A stretch of 41,380 bases of DNA. Origin: Kiritimatiellia bacterium (lineage in GTDB: Bacteria > Verrucomicrobiota > Kiritimatiellia > RFP12 > JAAYLN01). The position numbers and the translations under genes are program-made. The stretch lies in NCBI GenBank assembly GCA_017458965.1, contig JAFSZJ010000098.1, forward strand, positions 1 to 41,380, in the 5' to 3' direction. The notes under the pieces are model-generated. The model made no database searches and had not been told where the DNA came from. It saw only the letters and a program-made list of their open reading frames with translations. Shown here in pieces: positions 28,264 through 36,504 of this stretch. Each line of letters opens with the position of its first letter. Position 1 is the stretch's first letter.

Positions 28264-31200
28264 ATGAACACAGGCTCCATACGCTCCGCGCTTCGCCCGC
28301 TTATGCTCGCGGCATTCGTATCCGTAGCAATCGCGCTTCCGGCCGTCGCCGACGGACGCGCAGATCTGCCGCTCGACCTGAAGCCTCTCGCGCTCGAGAC
28401 ATACGGACTTCGCGGCGCGGTAGCCGTGAACTCCAATGTCGTCGTCGCCGTTCTCGGCGCATCGACCACAGGTGAACGCCTGAAGACCGTCTCATGGAGG
28501 GTGCGAAGCGAGGAGGATCCGGACTACGCATACCCGCTCTTCATCAAGCCGAAGGCCGTCGCCAAGGTCATCGACGAGGTCGAGTTCCCGCTTCCCGAAA
28601 ACTTCAAGGCTCCGGATCCGGCCAAGAACAAGATGCAGCGGTATCTTGTCGCCCTGACGCTCCCGCGCCCGCTCAGGCAAGGTGTCCGCTACGGCCTCGT
28701 GCTTCACGGCGACGGCGGACTGGCCACCGGTGGCAAGTCCGGATGCCAATTCACTTGGGACGGCTCCGTATTAGACGACCCGGAGAAGGTCCGTGTGCCG
28801 GCGGACGATATCGCGGCGCGGATGGTCGGACTCCGCCGCGTGTCGCCGCTTGGCGATGGCAAGATCGCCTTGGAGTTCGGCGCCACCTTCTCGACATCCG
28901 GGGGATGCGACCTGCGGAACTATGAAGTCACGGTCAACGGCGAACGCATGACTTTCGACGCATTCGGGCGACGTTCGAAGATCGACGTCTACCTGCCCAT
29001 TGGCTGGCCCTTCAAGACCATCCTACAGCACGAAATCTTCCTGGACCTAGGTCGCGACCTCAAACCCGGCGACCGTGTTGAGGTGAAGGTCGGGCCTGCG
29101 GTCTGCTCCGGCGAGCGGGAGGCCTCGTTCGTCTTCGATCCATCTACCACGATCTCAAGGTCCATCCAAGCCAACCAGATCGGCTATCTCCCCGACGCGC
29201 CCAAGGTGGCGTATCTCGGCTTCTGGCTAGGCTCCTTCCCGGAGAAGCCGAAGTCGGTGGACAAGTTCGACTACTCCACACCCCCTACCCCGGAGGCCGC
29301 GTACTTCGTCCAGCCACCGGCGGAGGAGACGGCGGTCGCAGAAGATCCAGCCGCGGAGACGGACCCGAATTCGAGCCGCTACGAGGACCTGGCGCCATAC
29401 GCCCTGCGCTTCCGCGAGGCGCCGGCCTTCGAGCTGGTCCGCGAGAAGGACGGCAAAGTCGCCTATTCGGGCATAGCCCGCTTCGTGCACAACGGGCTCC
29501 TTAACGACGGCCGCGTCAACCACTCTGCCGAAAACGTCTATGTGCTGGACTTCACGGACTTCGCCACGTCTGGACGCTACTACCTCCGCGTTTCTGGCGT
29601 CGGGCGCTCCATCGCCTTCGACATCTCGGCAGACGTGTACGCCCGCCCGTTCAAAGTTCAGTCCACCGGCGTCTTCGCCCAGCGCTGCGGAATCGAACTG
29701 ACGCCGGACCGCGCACCCCACTGGCATCGCATCGCGTGCCACACGAACGGCGTCCAGCTGACCACCGTTGCGAAGTGGAAGCATCCCAGCTTCGGCCCGT
29801 TCCGCGAGAACCCGGTCCCCTCGCCCAACCCGGACTACCCGCGCCTGGCCGCGATACACGAGGCGCTCCTTGCCGACAAGACGCTCGTCGCGCGCTTCCC
29901 GCTAGAAGGCGACATGTCGAACACAGTCGCGGGGGCGTCCGTGGCGCTCTCGCGGACAGGCGAAGGCTGCACATTCGTCGATGACGCCACTATCGGAGCG
30001 AAGGTGCTTCGCACTGGGCGCAAAGGCAACGGCTTCACTGGCGAGTTCCCCATCGACCCGGCCGTCGGCGCTACCGCCACATTCTGGATGCTCCGCGAGG
30101 ACGTGGACGGCAACAACTACAGCGGCGACCTGATCCGTTTCGGCGGAAGCAAGGGGTCTAGCCTGGTCTTTACAGCGAGCTGGGGCATCCTGAAGCTAGG
30201 CGGCGCCACATGGCGACGCGTCGGCGACAGGAAATGGCGCCATTACGCGATCCGCATCTCGCCAGTCGGCGACGACGGGAAGATGGAGGCCGTGCTCACC
30301 GTGGATGGCGAAAAGGCCGCTCAGCAGAGGATCAAGCCGCCGGAGACGGATGAGTTCACCTTCGCAGGCGCGACCGGCGATGGCGCCGCAGGAAGCCACT
30401 TCAGCGATCTGCGGCTATACGGACGCGTGTTGTCCGGAACTGATCTCACGAACCTGGCCACGCGGGCGTCGAAGACGATTCCCGCCGTCATCCCCCTTGT
30501 CGGCGGGCATCACGACGCCGGCGACTACAACCCGCGCTGCCACATCGAGGTGGCGCAGACTCTTCTTGCAGCATACGAGCACGCGCCGCGCAAGTTCTTC
30601 GACGGGCAGCTCGACATACCGGAGGCCGGCAACGGGCTTCCCGACATCGTTGACGAGGCTCTCTGGGCGCTTAAGCCCTGGACCTACCTCCAGGATGTCG
30701 ACGGCGGCGTCCGGGCCGGAACGGAATCGGCTGGCGACCCCAACTTCCACCAGACGGTGGAGCTGGACGACAAGGGCGACTTCGCCTACGACAAGGACAG
30801 CAAGGCGTCGTTCATCTTCGCCGGCGCGTTCGCGCAGGCGTCGCGCATCCTTGCCTCATGCGGCCGCGCCAAAGAGGCGGCGGACTTCCTCTCCCGCGCC
30901 CGCCGCGCTTACGCATGGGCAGTTGAAAACGTCCCCGAAGGCCTCTCGTCGCAGGGGCAGTTCACGGAGTACCGTCTGTCATCCCGCGCCTACGCCGCCG
31001 CCGAGCTTCTCCACACCACCGGCGAGGAGGCGTTCCTGCGCGACTTCCGCGAATGCTCGCCGTGGGGTTCGTACAAGGATGCGGATATCCGAGTCCACGG
31101 CAAGTACGAGGCAGCCGAAGCCGCTTATGCCTTCGTGCGCGACCCTGCCGCGAAGAACCGCGACCCGGCCTTGTATGAAAGCGTCCGCGCCGCAATCCTC

Positions 31201-31695
31201 CGCGAGGCGGACTGGTACATCAAGGGTTCCGACGCCATGGCGTACAAGTTCGTCCGCCACCCCGACGCGCCAATCAACTGGGGTACCGGTGCGTATGGCA
31301 ACCACATCCCACCGGTCCTGGCCGCATGGTTCCTTACAGGCGACGGGAAGTATCGCGACTGGATCGTTCGCACATGCGACGTCATGCTGGGGGCCAATCC
31401 GCTTGGCCTCTCATGGATAACGGGTCTTGGCGAACGCGGGATCAGGGCGCCTCTCCACAACAGCCGCTACCGTCCCGAGGGGCTTGTCGTGGACGGCTTG
31501 CAGGGCGAGGGCCCGGTCGGGAGCGGACGGGCATACAACTACAAGGAGACCGTCCATCCGGCCCACGACCCCAAATTCGCGGTCATGCACTCCTTCGTGG
31601 ACTGCCACTTCGCGATAGGCATGGACGAGGGTGTGGTGGTACACCAGGCACTCGACATGGCGATCTTCGGGCTGCTGCTGCCCGATGCGCGGTAA
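28264..31695 (+). CDS. Secreted GH9 glycoside hydrolase with Ig-like domain and inserted LamG/ConA-like domain
   Basis: NQIGYLPDAPK, DFTDFATSGRYYL, QRCG, GGHHDAGDY, GNGLPDIVDE, LGANPLGLSWITGLG and FVD...DE. Confidence 0.88.
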   Translation: MNTGSIRSALRPLMLAAFVSVAIALPAVADGRADLPLDLKPLALETYGLRGAVAVNSNVVVAVLGASTTGERLKTVSWRVRSEEDPDYAYPLFIKPKAVAKVIDEVEFPLPENFKAPDPAKNKMQRYLVALTLPRPLRQGVRYGLVLHGDGGLATGGKSGCQFTWDGSVLDDPEKVRVPADDIAARMVGLRRVSPLGDGKIALEFGATFSTSGGCDLRNYEVTVNGERMTFDAFGRRSKIDVYLPIGWPFKTILQHEIFLDLGRDLKPGDRVEVKVGPAVCSGEREASFVFDPSTTISRSIQANQIGYLPDAPKVAYLGFWLGSFPEKPKSVDKFDYSTPPTPEAAYFVQPPAEETAVAEDPAAETDPNSSRYEDLAPYALRFREAPAFELVREKDGKVAYSGIARFVHNGLLNDGRVNHSAENVYVLDFTDFATSGRYYLRVSGVGRSIAFDISADVYARPFKVQSTGVFAQRCGIELTPDRAPHWHRIACHTNGVQLTTVAKWKHPSFGPFRENPVPSPNPDYPRLAAIHEALLADKTLVARFPLEGDMSNTVAGASVALSRTGEGCTFVDDATIGAKVLRTGRKGNGFTGEFPIDPAVGATATFWMLREDVDGNNYSGDLIRFGGSKGSSLVFTASWGILKLGGATWRRVGDRKWRHYAIRISPVGDDGKMEAVLTVDGEKAAQQRIKPPETDEFTFAGATGDGAAGSHFSDLRLYGRVLSGTDLTNLATRASKTIPAVIPLVGGHHDAGDYNPRCHIEVAQTLLAAYEHAPRKFFDGQLDIPEAGNGLPDIVDEALWALKPWTYLQDVDGGVRAGTESAGDPNFHQTVELDDKGDFAYDKDSKASFIFAGAFAQASRILASCGRAKEAADFLSRARRAYAWAVENVPEGLSSQGQFTEYRLSSRAYAAAELLHTTGEEAFLRDFRECSPWGSYKDADIRVHGKYEAAEAAYAFVRDPAAKNRDPALYESVRAAILREADWYIKGSDAMAYKFVRHPDAPINWGTGAYGNHIPPVLAAWFLTGDGKYRDWIVRTCDVMLGANPLGLSWITGLGERGIRAPLHNSRYRPEGLVVDGLQGEGPVGSGRAYNYKETVHPAHDPKFAVMHSFVDCHFAIGMDEGVVVHQALDMAIFGLLLPDAR

Positions 31696-31712
31696 AGCGC
31701 CGCGCCGATCGC

Positions 31713-32489
31713 TCACGCCTTTGCAGGAGACAGAAGCGCGTCCGATCCAAGAACCTCGGACAGAGGGTCGAAGCCGCCATCGCAGAAGCCGAGGCGGTTG
31801 TGGCGGGACCATCCTTCGGCGAAGCGGCATGCGCCGCCGGACATGGCGCCCATCTCGGCGCACAGCGAATGCATCGTCTCGAGGTAGGCATCCATGCCCT
31901 GGGAATCGTCCAGCCAGTCGCGCTGGCTCCGGTGCTCGGCGAGGGCCGCCGTCTTGGCGTCCATGACGTCATCGACGGCGACCAGGAACTCTGGGCGGCG
32001 GAAGGCGCCCATGGAGTCGCGGTGGCCGTGAGGCTGCGCGTGATAGACCATTACGGGGTTCTCCGCGATGGGGCGCGGCGGATCGCACGGCGCGTTCGGC
32101 ATACCGCGGCAGAAGCCGGCCATGACAGCCAGGCGCGCCGTGAAAACATGGTCCTCCATGTAGTCGAAGAGCGACGGCACGAGAAGGATGTCAGGCGCCA
32201 CCTCGCGGACGGCGGAGATGGCCTTGGCCAGACAGGGCTTGTCGTAGAAGACTTCGAGATCATGCGCGAAAGGCGGATGATATGCGGCTCCAAGCAAGCG
32301 GGCCGCGGAGGCCGCCTCCGCTCCGCGAATGCGGGCGGTGTCGGCGGCGTTCGTGACGTTCGACCCGCAGCACCCGTCGCAGAAGGTCATGTAGTGAAGC
32401 TCGCACCCGGCCTGGGCAAGGCGCAGCATGGTCCCAGCCATGCCGAACTCGATGTCGTCGGGGTGCGCCCCGATTGCCATGACTTTCAT
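31713..32489 (-). CDS. PIG-L/LmbE family deacetylase
   Basis: AHPDDIE, IRGAEA, DYMEDH, HRSQ and AEG motifs. Confidence 0.92.
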   Translation of the reverse strand: MKVMAIGAHPDDIEFGMAGTMLRLAQAGCELHYMTFCDGCCGSNVTNAADTARIRGAEAASAARLLGAAYHPPFAHDLEVFYDKPCLAKAISAVREVAPDILLVPSLFDYMEDHVFTARLAVMAGFCRGMPNAPCDPPRPIAENPVMVYHAQPHGHRDSMGAFRRPEFLVAVDDVMDAKTAALAEHRSQRDWLDDSQGMDAYLETMHSLCAEMGAMSGGACRFAEGWSRHNRLGFCDGGFDPLSEVLGSDALLSPAKA

Positions 32490-32500
32490 ATCACGTCCTT

Positions 32501-32551
32501 GTTGAGGAGTTGAGAAGTTGAGAAGTTGGGAAGTTGAGGAGTTGAGAGTTG
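32501..32551. repeat. Octamer array GTTGAG(A/G)A (~6 units)
   Basis: GTTGAGGA GTTGAGAA GTTGAGAA GTTGGGAA GTTGAGGA GTTGAGA. Confidence 0.88.
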
Positions 32552-32563
32552 GTGGTTTTCCTA

Positions 32564-32604
32564 CACTAGCCACTAGAACTAGCCACTAGAACTAGTGACT
32601 AGTG
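32564..32604. repeat. 6-7 nt ACTAG array (6 units)
   Basis: cACTAGc cACTAGa ACTAGc cACTAGa ACTAGtg ACTAGtg; contains the stop of the NagB-like gene. Confidence 0.8.
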
Positions 32605-33525
32605 CATTTCGACATCGCATGTGCCGATGCCGGGGCGGTAGAAGTTGAAGCGCACGTCCGGATGGTCGGCGAGAAGCGACATCGGGACGGCGGCGTCGGG
32701 GATGCGCTTGGAGATCATGTAGGCGCTCAGGCGCATGCCGAAGGGGTTGTCATGGTGGCCGGGATGCCAGATCGACACTGTCTCGGCCTTCCATGTCTCG
32801 TACGGGCCGACTGTCATCGCCTGGGAAGGAACGGACTGCACCACGCCGCCACCGGACGTGCGGGCGTTCTGGATGAGGGTCATCGGGTGGAGGTCCACGC
32901 AGCGGGTGTGGAGCTGCCGCTGCACCTCCGGCGGCGGAGGAGCGTCGACGTACGCCCCCTCGCGCTTGGGCGGGTCGTTGAAGGCCCAGTGCTTCGTCTC
33001 GCCCTGTCCGCCCTGCATGATGACGCAGCGGAAATCCTCCCAGGACTTGCGGTAGGCGGTCGTGTCGGTGTCCGGGAAATGGAGGTTCTCGTCGGGCATG
33101 CGCAGTTCGGGGCGTATGCGGTCGAAGCAAAGCTCGCGGTCGGCCTTCTGGAAGCCAAGCGGGAAGTCGCGTCCTGCCGCCTTGCCGTCAACGACCCATT
33201 CGTCCATTCCCCAGAAGTGGCAGTTGCGGAGATCGAGTCCGATCGCGTTGACTATCTGCGCCACGATCGGAAGCTGCTCGGTCGGGCCTATCGGGCCGCA
33301 GATCCCGGCAGGGCGTTCCGGCGTCGCCTTCATCCAGGCCTCGATGTATTCGAGGGCCTCGGCGGCGTAGAACTCCTGGAATGTCTCGTACAAGCGGACT
33401 GTGAACCCCGGTCGCGAGAGGGCGAGGATGTCCTTTTCCGTCAGACGCGCCGCGGCGTCGAGTATTTCACGGTCGAGAGTGGTGTAGTCCCACCAGCCTG
33501 GGGCGACTTTGCTTTGGTTGCGCAT
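32599..33525 (-). CDS. Glucosamine-6-phosphate deaminase/isomerase-like (NagB fold)
   Basis: [35 protein letters not shown] and PMSLLADHP; AGGAG upstream. Confidence 0.8.
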   Translation of the reverse strand: MRNQSKVAPGWWDYTTLDREILDAAARLTEKDILALSRPGFTVRLYETFQEFYAAEALEYIEAWMKATPERPAGICGPIGPTEQLPIVAQIVNAIGLDLRNCHFWGMDEWVVDGKAAGRDFPLGFQKADRELCFDRIRPELRMPDENLHFPDTDTTAYRKSWEDFRCVIMQGGQGETKHWAFNDPPKREGAYVDAPPPPEVQRQLHTRCVDLHPMTLIQNARTSGGGVVQSVPSQAMTVGPYETWKAETVSIWHPGHHDNPFGMRLSAYMISKRIPDAAVPMSLLADHPDVRFNFYRPGIGTCDVEMH

Positions 33526-33548
33526 GATTGCTGTCTCCTTGTGCCAAG

Positions 33549-33597
33549 ATTATACCAGCAAAGGTCGAAGTCCGAAGGGTGAGATGGTTGGTATAAT
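33549..33597. promoter_or_regulatory. Back-to-back identical extended -10 boxes TGGTATAAT
   Basis: Minus 33549-33557 and plus 33589-33597. Confidence 0.7.
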
Positions 33598-33604
33598 GTC
33601 AGCG

Positions 33605-34426
33605 ATGATAATCACCCGTGAACCGCTGATAAGACCGCCGACGGAGGGACGCACCCAGTCCATCGGGCGCTACACGCTTGACCTCCTGCGCGAGATCGGA
33701 ATCGGCACAGGGCTCTTCCTGGCGTCGATATCGTCGATGCGCCATCTCCTCGTATCCCGACGCATGAGACGCGAGACCGTGGCGCAGATCTTCGCCGCCG
33801 GCATCAAGAGCCTTCCCGTCATAACGGTCGTCGCGATCTTCACGGGCATGATCCTCTCGCTACAGATCGGCCTTTTGCTCAAGGACTTCAGCCAGGAGAT
33901 CTACATCGGCACGACGGTGATGGTCACGATGCTCCGCGAGATGGGCCCGTTCATGACGGGGCTGATTCTGGCCGCGTGCGTCGGCTCGGCTATGGCCGCG
34001 CAGATAGGCACCATGTCCGTGAACGACGAGATCGCCGCACTTGAGATCATGTCGATCGACCCGGTCCGCTTCCTGATGACGCCCCGCATTGCGGCAATGC
34101 TCCTCGTCACTCCGCTGCTGTCGTTCTACACCTGCATGATGGGCGTGCTTGGCGGCGGCATCGTCGGCATGACGCAGCTCAACATACGCTGGAGCCAGTA
34201 CATCCAGAACGCCTTGGAGTTCGCGGCCGTGAAGGACCTGTTCGTCGGTCTCTTCAAGGCGATGGTCTTCGGCGCCATCATCTCGACGGTCGCCTGCTAC
34301 GAGGGCTTCGCCACGACGCAGGGAGCCGTCGGCGTCGGCCGTGCGACAAGGAGCAGCGTGATCACGTCGTTCCTGCTGATCCTGATCGTCGGCTACTTCA
34401 TAACGAGCCTGTTCTACAACACCTAG
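33605..34426 (+). CDS. mlaE: MlaE family ABC permease
   Basis: REMGPFMTGLILA, GSAMAAQIGTM, EIAALEIMSIDP and GAVGVGRAT. Start at ATG 33605, 7 nt after the -10. Confidence 0.88.
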   Translation: MIITREPLIRPPTEGRTQSIGRYTLDLLREIGIGTGLFLASISSMRHLLVSRRMRRETVAQIFAAGIKSLPVITVVAIFTGMILSLQIGLLLKDFSQEIYIGTTVMVTMLREMGPFMTGLILAACVGSAMAAQIGTMSVNDEIAALEIMSIDPVRFLMTPRIAAMLLVTPLLSFYTCMMGVLGGGIVGMTQLNIRWSQYIQNALEFAAVKDLFVGLFKAMVFGAIISTVACYEGFATTQGAVGVGRATRSSVITSFLLILIVGYFITSLFYNT

Positions 34427-34427
34427 G

Positions 34428-34743
34428 GCGGCGTCCCGCCGCGCTCTTGGAACATGTGAAATAAGCCAACTCCAACAACGACGGACAACATTTACATGCG
34501 GACCAACTCGCCCGCATGCGCCGCGCATGTTGGCGCGGCCCAAGCCAAGGTTGTCCCAAGTTGTTCATGTTGTCTTATGCCATTTTGGAGGTGCGGCGTC
34601 CCGCCGCGCACTCGGTGCATGTGTAGTAAGACAACTCCAACAACGACGGACAACATTTACATGCAAACCAACTCGTCCGCATGCGCCGCGCATGTTGGCG
34701 CGGCCCAAGTCCAAGGTTGTCCCAAGTTGTTCATGTTGTCTTA
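34428..34743. repeat. Two tandem ~150-bp copies of a REP-like palindrome plus inverted-repeat (MITE/BIME-like) element
   Basis: Copies at 34428-34577 and 34593-34743. Each starts with GCGGCGTCCCGCCGC and contains TAAG(A/C)CAAC...GTTGTCTTA. Confidence 0.9.
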
Positions 34744-34819
34744 GTCTTCATGACTTGGCGACGAACCCGGCTTTGCGCGTCGGCGTCAGCCAACCACCGC
34801 CCCATAACACCTTTTCGGC

Positions 34820-36493
34820 TTAGGAGTCCGCGCAGTTTTTGAGCATTTCGCGGGCGTGGCGCAGAGTGACGGAGGTGAGGTCGCTGCCACCAAGCATGCG
34901 CGCGATTTCCTTCGCCCTAGCCTCGCCGGAGAGCGGAGCGATGGTCGCGGTCGTCCTGTCGCCTGCGACGGATTTAGAGACGGCGAAGTGCGCCTCGCCG
35001 TATGCGGCGACCTGCGGAAGATGCGTGATCGAGATGATCTGGTGGCTTCGGGATAGAGCTCGGAGCTTTAGACCTACCGCACGTCCGACCTCGCCGCCGA
35101 CGTTGGAGTCTATCTCGTCGAAGACCAGGAGCGGGATCATGTCATGTTCCGCGAGGACGGATTTGACGGCCAGCATGACGCGGGCGATCTCGCCGCTCGA
35201 CGCTATGGCGCGGAGCGGCATGGTCCCCTCCCCCGGGTTCGGCGCGAAGGCGAACGTCACGGAGTCGCAGCCAGTCCTTACCGGCTCGCATGGCGCCACG
35301 CCCACGCTGAAAAGCGACTGCGCGAAGCCCAGGGGCGACAGTTCCCCGGTGATCGCCTTGCCAAGGCGCGAAGCCGCCGAGGAGCGGACCTTCGTAAGCT
35401 TAGCACCCATGTCACGGACCACGCGGAGCGACTTGGCGATTTCTGCGTCAAGTCCGGCAAGCCGCTCTTCGCGGGAAAGAAGCGCCTCGAGTCTTTCCTT
35501 CCGGGCGTCGCGTGTCTTAAGCACGTCCTCCAGCGTAGGCCCGTATTTTCGCCTGAGCCTCTGGACGAGGGCCAGACGGGCCTCGAGTTCCTCCAGCATC
35601 CCCGGATCGGCATCCACTCGTGAGAGGCGGTCCGATATGGTCCGCGAAAGCTCCTGCACGGCCACGGCATGTTCCGCTATCTCGTCGCGCCATTCGCCGG
35701 CCTCCGGCAGTATCCGCGACAGTTCCTGAAGGCGCTGCTGCACGGTCGCCATCATGTCGAAGACCGAGCCTTCGCCGTCCGTCAGCCCATCCACGACGGC
35801 GCCGCCGACGCCCGCGATCTCCCCGGCGTTCGCCGCCTCGGAATGACGGGCTATGAGCGCGTCGCCGTCTTCCGCCGAAAGAGCGGCTTCGTCGATCTCC
35901 GTAACGGCGTATCGCAGGAGGTCTATCTCCTCCTCGATCGATCCGCTGGCCACCGACTCAAGCTCCGCCTTTTCCCGAAGAAGCGACTGCCAAGCCTCAT
36001 ACGCCTCGGCGTAGGCCCCGCGCTCCGCCTCGTCATGTGCGTACGAGTCGAGGATGGCGAGCTGGAAGTCGGGGGAGAGCAACGACTGGTGGTCGTATGG
36101 CCCATGTATGTCAATCAGGTGCTCGCCGAGGCGGCGGAGAGTGGCCAGCGTGGCTGACGAGTCGTTTATCCAGACGCGACCAGATCCTGACGCGGAGACA
36201 GTCCTGCGAACGATAAGGCGTCCGTCCTCGCATGGCGGAAGGCCGGCGTCGGCGAGGACTATATCTACGGCCTTGGAACCGTCGGCGGAAAAGACGGCCT
36301 CCACGGACAGTTCCTTTGCGCCGGAGCGTATCGCGCCGTGATCGGCGCGTTCACCAAGTACAAGTCCGAGCGCCCCTATGAGGACGGATTTTCCCGAACC
36401 GGTCTCGCCCGTGACGATGTTCAGACCGGGAGCGAAGCGCACCTCGGCGTTCTCGACCACGGCGAGGTTGCGGACTTTCAGATTCTCAAGCAT
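34820..36493 (-). CDS. recN: DNA repair protein RecN
   Basis: TGETGSGKS, IDIHGP, ASSGEIARVMLA, VFDEID and ITHLPQVAA. Alternative GTG start at 36508 overlaps the ptsI stop. Confidence 0.97.
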   Translation of the reverse strand: MLENLKVRNLAVVENAEVRFAPGLNIVTGETGSGKSVLIGALGLVLGERADHGAIRSGAKELSVEAVFSADGSKAVDIVLADAGLPPCEDGRLIVRRTVSASGSGRVWINDSSATLATLRRLGEHLIDIHGPYDHQSLLSPDFQLAILDSYAHDEAERGAYAEAYEAWQSLLREKAELESVASGSIEEEIDLLRYAVTEIDEAALSAEDGDALIARHSEAANAGEIAGVGGAVVDGLTDGEGSVFDMMATVQQRLQELSRILPEAGEWRDEIAEHAVAVQELSRTISDRLSRVDADPGMLEELEARLALVQRLRRKYGPTLEDVLKTRDARKERLEALLSREERLAGLDAEIAKSLRVVRDMGAKLTKVRSSAASRLGKAITGELSPLGFAQSLFSVGVAPCEPVRTGCDSVTFAFAPNPGEGTMPLRAIASSGEIARVMLAVKSVLAEHDMIPLLVFDEIDSNVGGEVGRAVGLKLRALSRSHQIISITHLPQVAAYGEAHFAVSKSVAGDRTTATIAPLSGEARAKEIARMLGGSDLTSVTLRHAREMLKNCADS

Positions 36494-36504
36494 GGGCCGG
36501 GTCC

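Noticed and set aside
34428-34743. CRISPR array or small repeated peptide ORFs
   Set aside because: Only two long units with no unique spacers and no cas genes; the ORFs differ in frame and length and lack an RBS.
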